A DNA stretch of 64,000 nucleotides from NCBI GenBank assembly GCA_030704615.1, contig CM060734.1:8556001-8620000 (forward strand), read 5' to 3'. The stretch comes from Takakia lepidozioides. Its lineage: Eukaryota; Plantae; Bryophyta. How positions within the stretch are numbered: position 1 is the first letter of the stretch; each line of letters begins with the position of its first letter. Below the pieces are notes generated by a model. The model had not been told where the DNA came from, did no database searches, and was given only the letters and a program-made list of their open reading frames with translations. The translations under genes were made by a program, and so were the position numbers. Below, in pieces: positions 61,722 to 64,000 of this stretch.

Positions 61722-64000
61722 TGGCGAATGAACTGCACACCTGTTGATGAACCTCCGAGTCTGTGTCTGACTCTACAGTAGTTGAGGTGGCGGTGAAGGT
61801 GGTCTGAACCGAATACCTCGTCTTGTGAACCCACTCTCACTGTACTGCTTGTAGCCGTACTCCCTCAAACCCTTGGGTAACTCCGTAATGACACTCACAA
61901 TGTGCACCTCCTCCACGTGACACTATAAGTCTCTAGTACTAATCTAATAGTGACACGGGTGGGCACCTGTTGCAGTCTAAGGGTCATATCCCAATGGCTC
62001 AGGGCACCTGCATCCACCGCAAGAACTCATATGGTTGGCTGGTCATCAACCCAGCCTCACCATAGAAACACTGGTGGTCTTGCTGGTCATCACTCCAGCC
62101 TCACCACCGACAGCATACTCTAGGATTGACCGGTGATCAAATCCGGCCTAATCCCTATGAAAGCAAGCGCCCACACAAAACCAACATGGCGCACAGTCAA
62201 GCATGCATGTGTTGGGGGGGATCCAAACACAAGAAATCAAAACATCAACACCCCCACACCAAAATCCAGCAGCAACGCTGATCCTGCAGAATATCCCAGC
62301 CCAAACCCCCGGACTGACTGCCTCCACCAAGAGAGGCTTTGGCAACTACAAGTACAAGGTAATGAAAATAGTACAGAGATGGAGGGGAAGAATAGAAGCC
62401 CGACCCAGCAAACTCTAATCCTGATCTATGCTATCAACTGCCAGACTTCTCTCAAAGTGCCTTGCTCTGCATGATGGTAAGGTGTAGGAGGTATATCTAT
62501 GTCCAGAAACCTGCCACTAACCTTGTCCCAAGCTACAGTAGCTCGCTCTAACCACCCTCCTCCTCTTTTTGCCAAGTAGAGACAAAGCAACACTCTGCTA
62601 TCTCCCGCTCACTGAACACTAAGAAAACAAAGGTAGAGTTTGATAGTCTCTCAACTCGAAAGCTTTGAGACGGTTGCGGGTGTCCTCATTGCGAATGACT
62701 GTATCTCCTTCAAACAGAACAAACTTGTCCTCGCTAATGAACCCCCGTCGTGGTTGCCTTGTGCAGAGCGTGTCCGGCTGCAACGCTGTCTGATTGCACA
62801 AACTTGTGTAGCTCCTGCTCCTTGCTCCAGTACACCCAGCCTTGTGGCTGAGTACACCCCTTGCCTTGTGGCTGAACACCTTGGTCCCCGGGCTGTCTTT
62901 GGCTGTGTTCCAAGCCTAGCTTTCACCCACTTTGGTATTTCACTTACAGCTGCAGAACTGCTGGCTCCAACAGAGTTCTGACTGTCCAAAGCGATATTGA
63001 GGCCCTCAACGCCAACTACAGCAGTCTGTTGTCTACTGCTAATGCCTGACTCCCAGTATGCAATCAACTCGTCCAACTGTTCTCCACTCAAATCAGTCTG
63101 AGTTCCTTGGGAAACATAAATCATGTCCCCTTGTGTGCACAGGCTAAGAGAAGAGACCTGCCCTTCAATTACGTCCTCATTTCCCCCAGCCATACAAGGA
63201 GTACATCCACAGATTTGTCTCTCATATAGACCAGCACAGGTTCTAGAAACAGAATTGTGGATCTTTCATGGCACACTCACACTCTAAAAATTCCATAGAT
63301 TTTTAGTAGAGTCCTAAAAATAAAAACCAGATCTAGATTGGTAGATTTCCCCTTTCTGCAGCTATCCCCTCAAAAACTGGGTCAAACAGAGTCCATTTGA
63401 CAAAGATATGACCAATTTGGCTTTAAATCATTTAAATTAGATCAAAATGCCCTGTTTATTTTTTATTTTTTTTTTTTTTTTTTTCTAAGGTTTTCAAATT
63501 TAAAAATTTAAAGTTACACCCAAACTATCTGGTAACTGGTTCCCGGTTCCCTACGCTCTATATGGTTTCCTAGGTTCCCTGGCCACGTGCCCTATAATTC
63601 ACACCTTGCTCCAGTCTTCTGCATACCGAGAGTGAGAGAGAGAGAGAGAGGAAGGGAACTGTGGCACTCAGTAGTGTCTTGTTGTGAAAGAGAGTGGATT
63701 CCGTGATTGCTTGCAGGCTTGCGCACCAAGAGAGGGGGAGGAAAGACATGTTTATGGACATGTTTATGGACGCCATGTACAGGCGAGGGGTCACTCACAG
63801 TCTGTTCGAGGCCTTGGTGGCTAACGATAAATCACTGAGGAGGATTACCAACGGGAAGCACTGGACTTTGTGCTGGAGCTTGCGGGTCCCCGGCCCATTC
63901 CAATTACGGGGGAGAAAGCCCTGGCTCCTGAATCGCCCGTCTATCCCCAGCGTAGCTCGGCTCCGCTGTTCCCAAACCCGTCGTCTCCATCCTGCAGCTG

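Larger units (their letters stand above)
54002..62150 (-). mobile_element. Ty3/Gypsy LTR retrotransposon encoding a cytosine methyltransferase and a PHD finger
   Basis: Domain order gag-PR-DNMT-RT-RH-INT-PHD. PPT at 54437-54447 and a 3' LTR at 54002-54436 (TG...CA). The 5' LTR was not found. Multiple frameshifts and stops. Confidence 0.92.

Noticed and set aside
63748-64000. ORF running off the right edge
   Set aside because: Too short and featureless to assign.

Overview
Repeat-rich nuclear DNA from a plant, probably a non-seed land plant (inferred from the PLS-type PPR remnants and the transposon lineages; not proven). Only one gene looks intact: a 6-exon hnRNP A/B-like RRM gene (15085-12626, minus). 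A CPP1/DUF3353-like gene is nearly complete but lacks its 3' exons. Other host genes survive only as fragments: PPR, DEAD-box RH18/DDX55, seryl-tRNA synthetase and a tandem hnRNP copy. The rest is nested transposons: a Sola2-like element and MITE, non-autonomous Helitrons, a Ulp1-carrying MULE broken by a ~6.2 kb inversion, two kinds of LINE, CACTA ends and a Ty3/Gypsy element. The standout is the Gypsy element (54002-~62150, minus). Its decayed polyprotein reads gag-zinc knuckles-protease-C5 cytosine DNA methyltransferase-RT-RNase H-integrase-PHD finger, so it carries both a DNA-methylation writer and a histone-reader domain. All family assignments come from motifs recognised by eye; no database searches were run.
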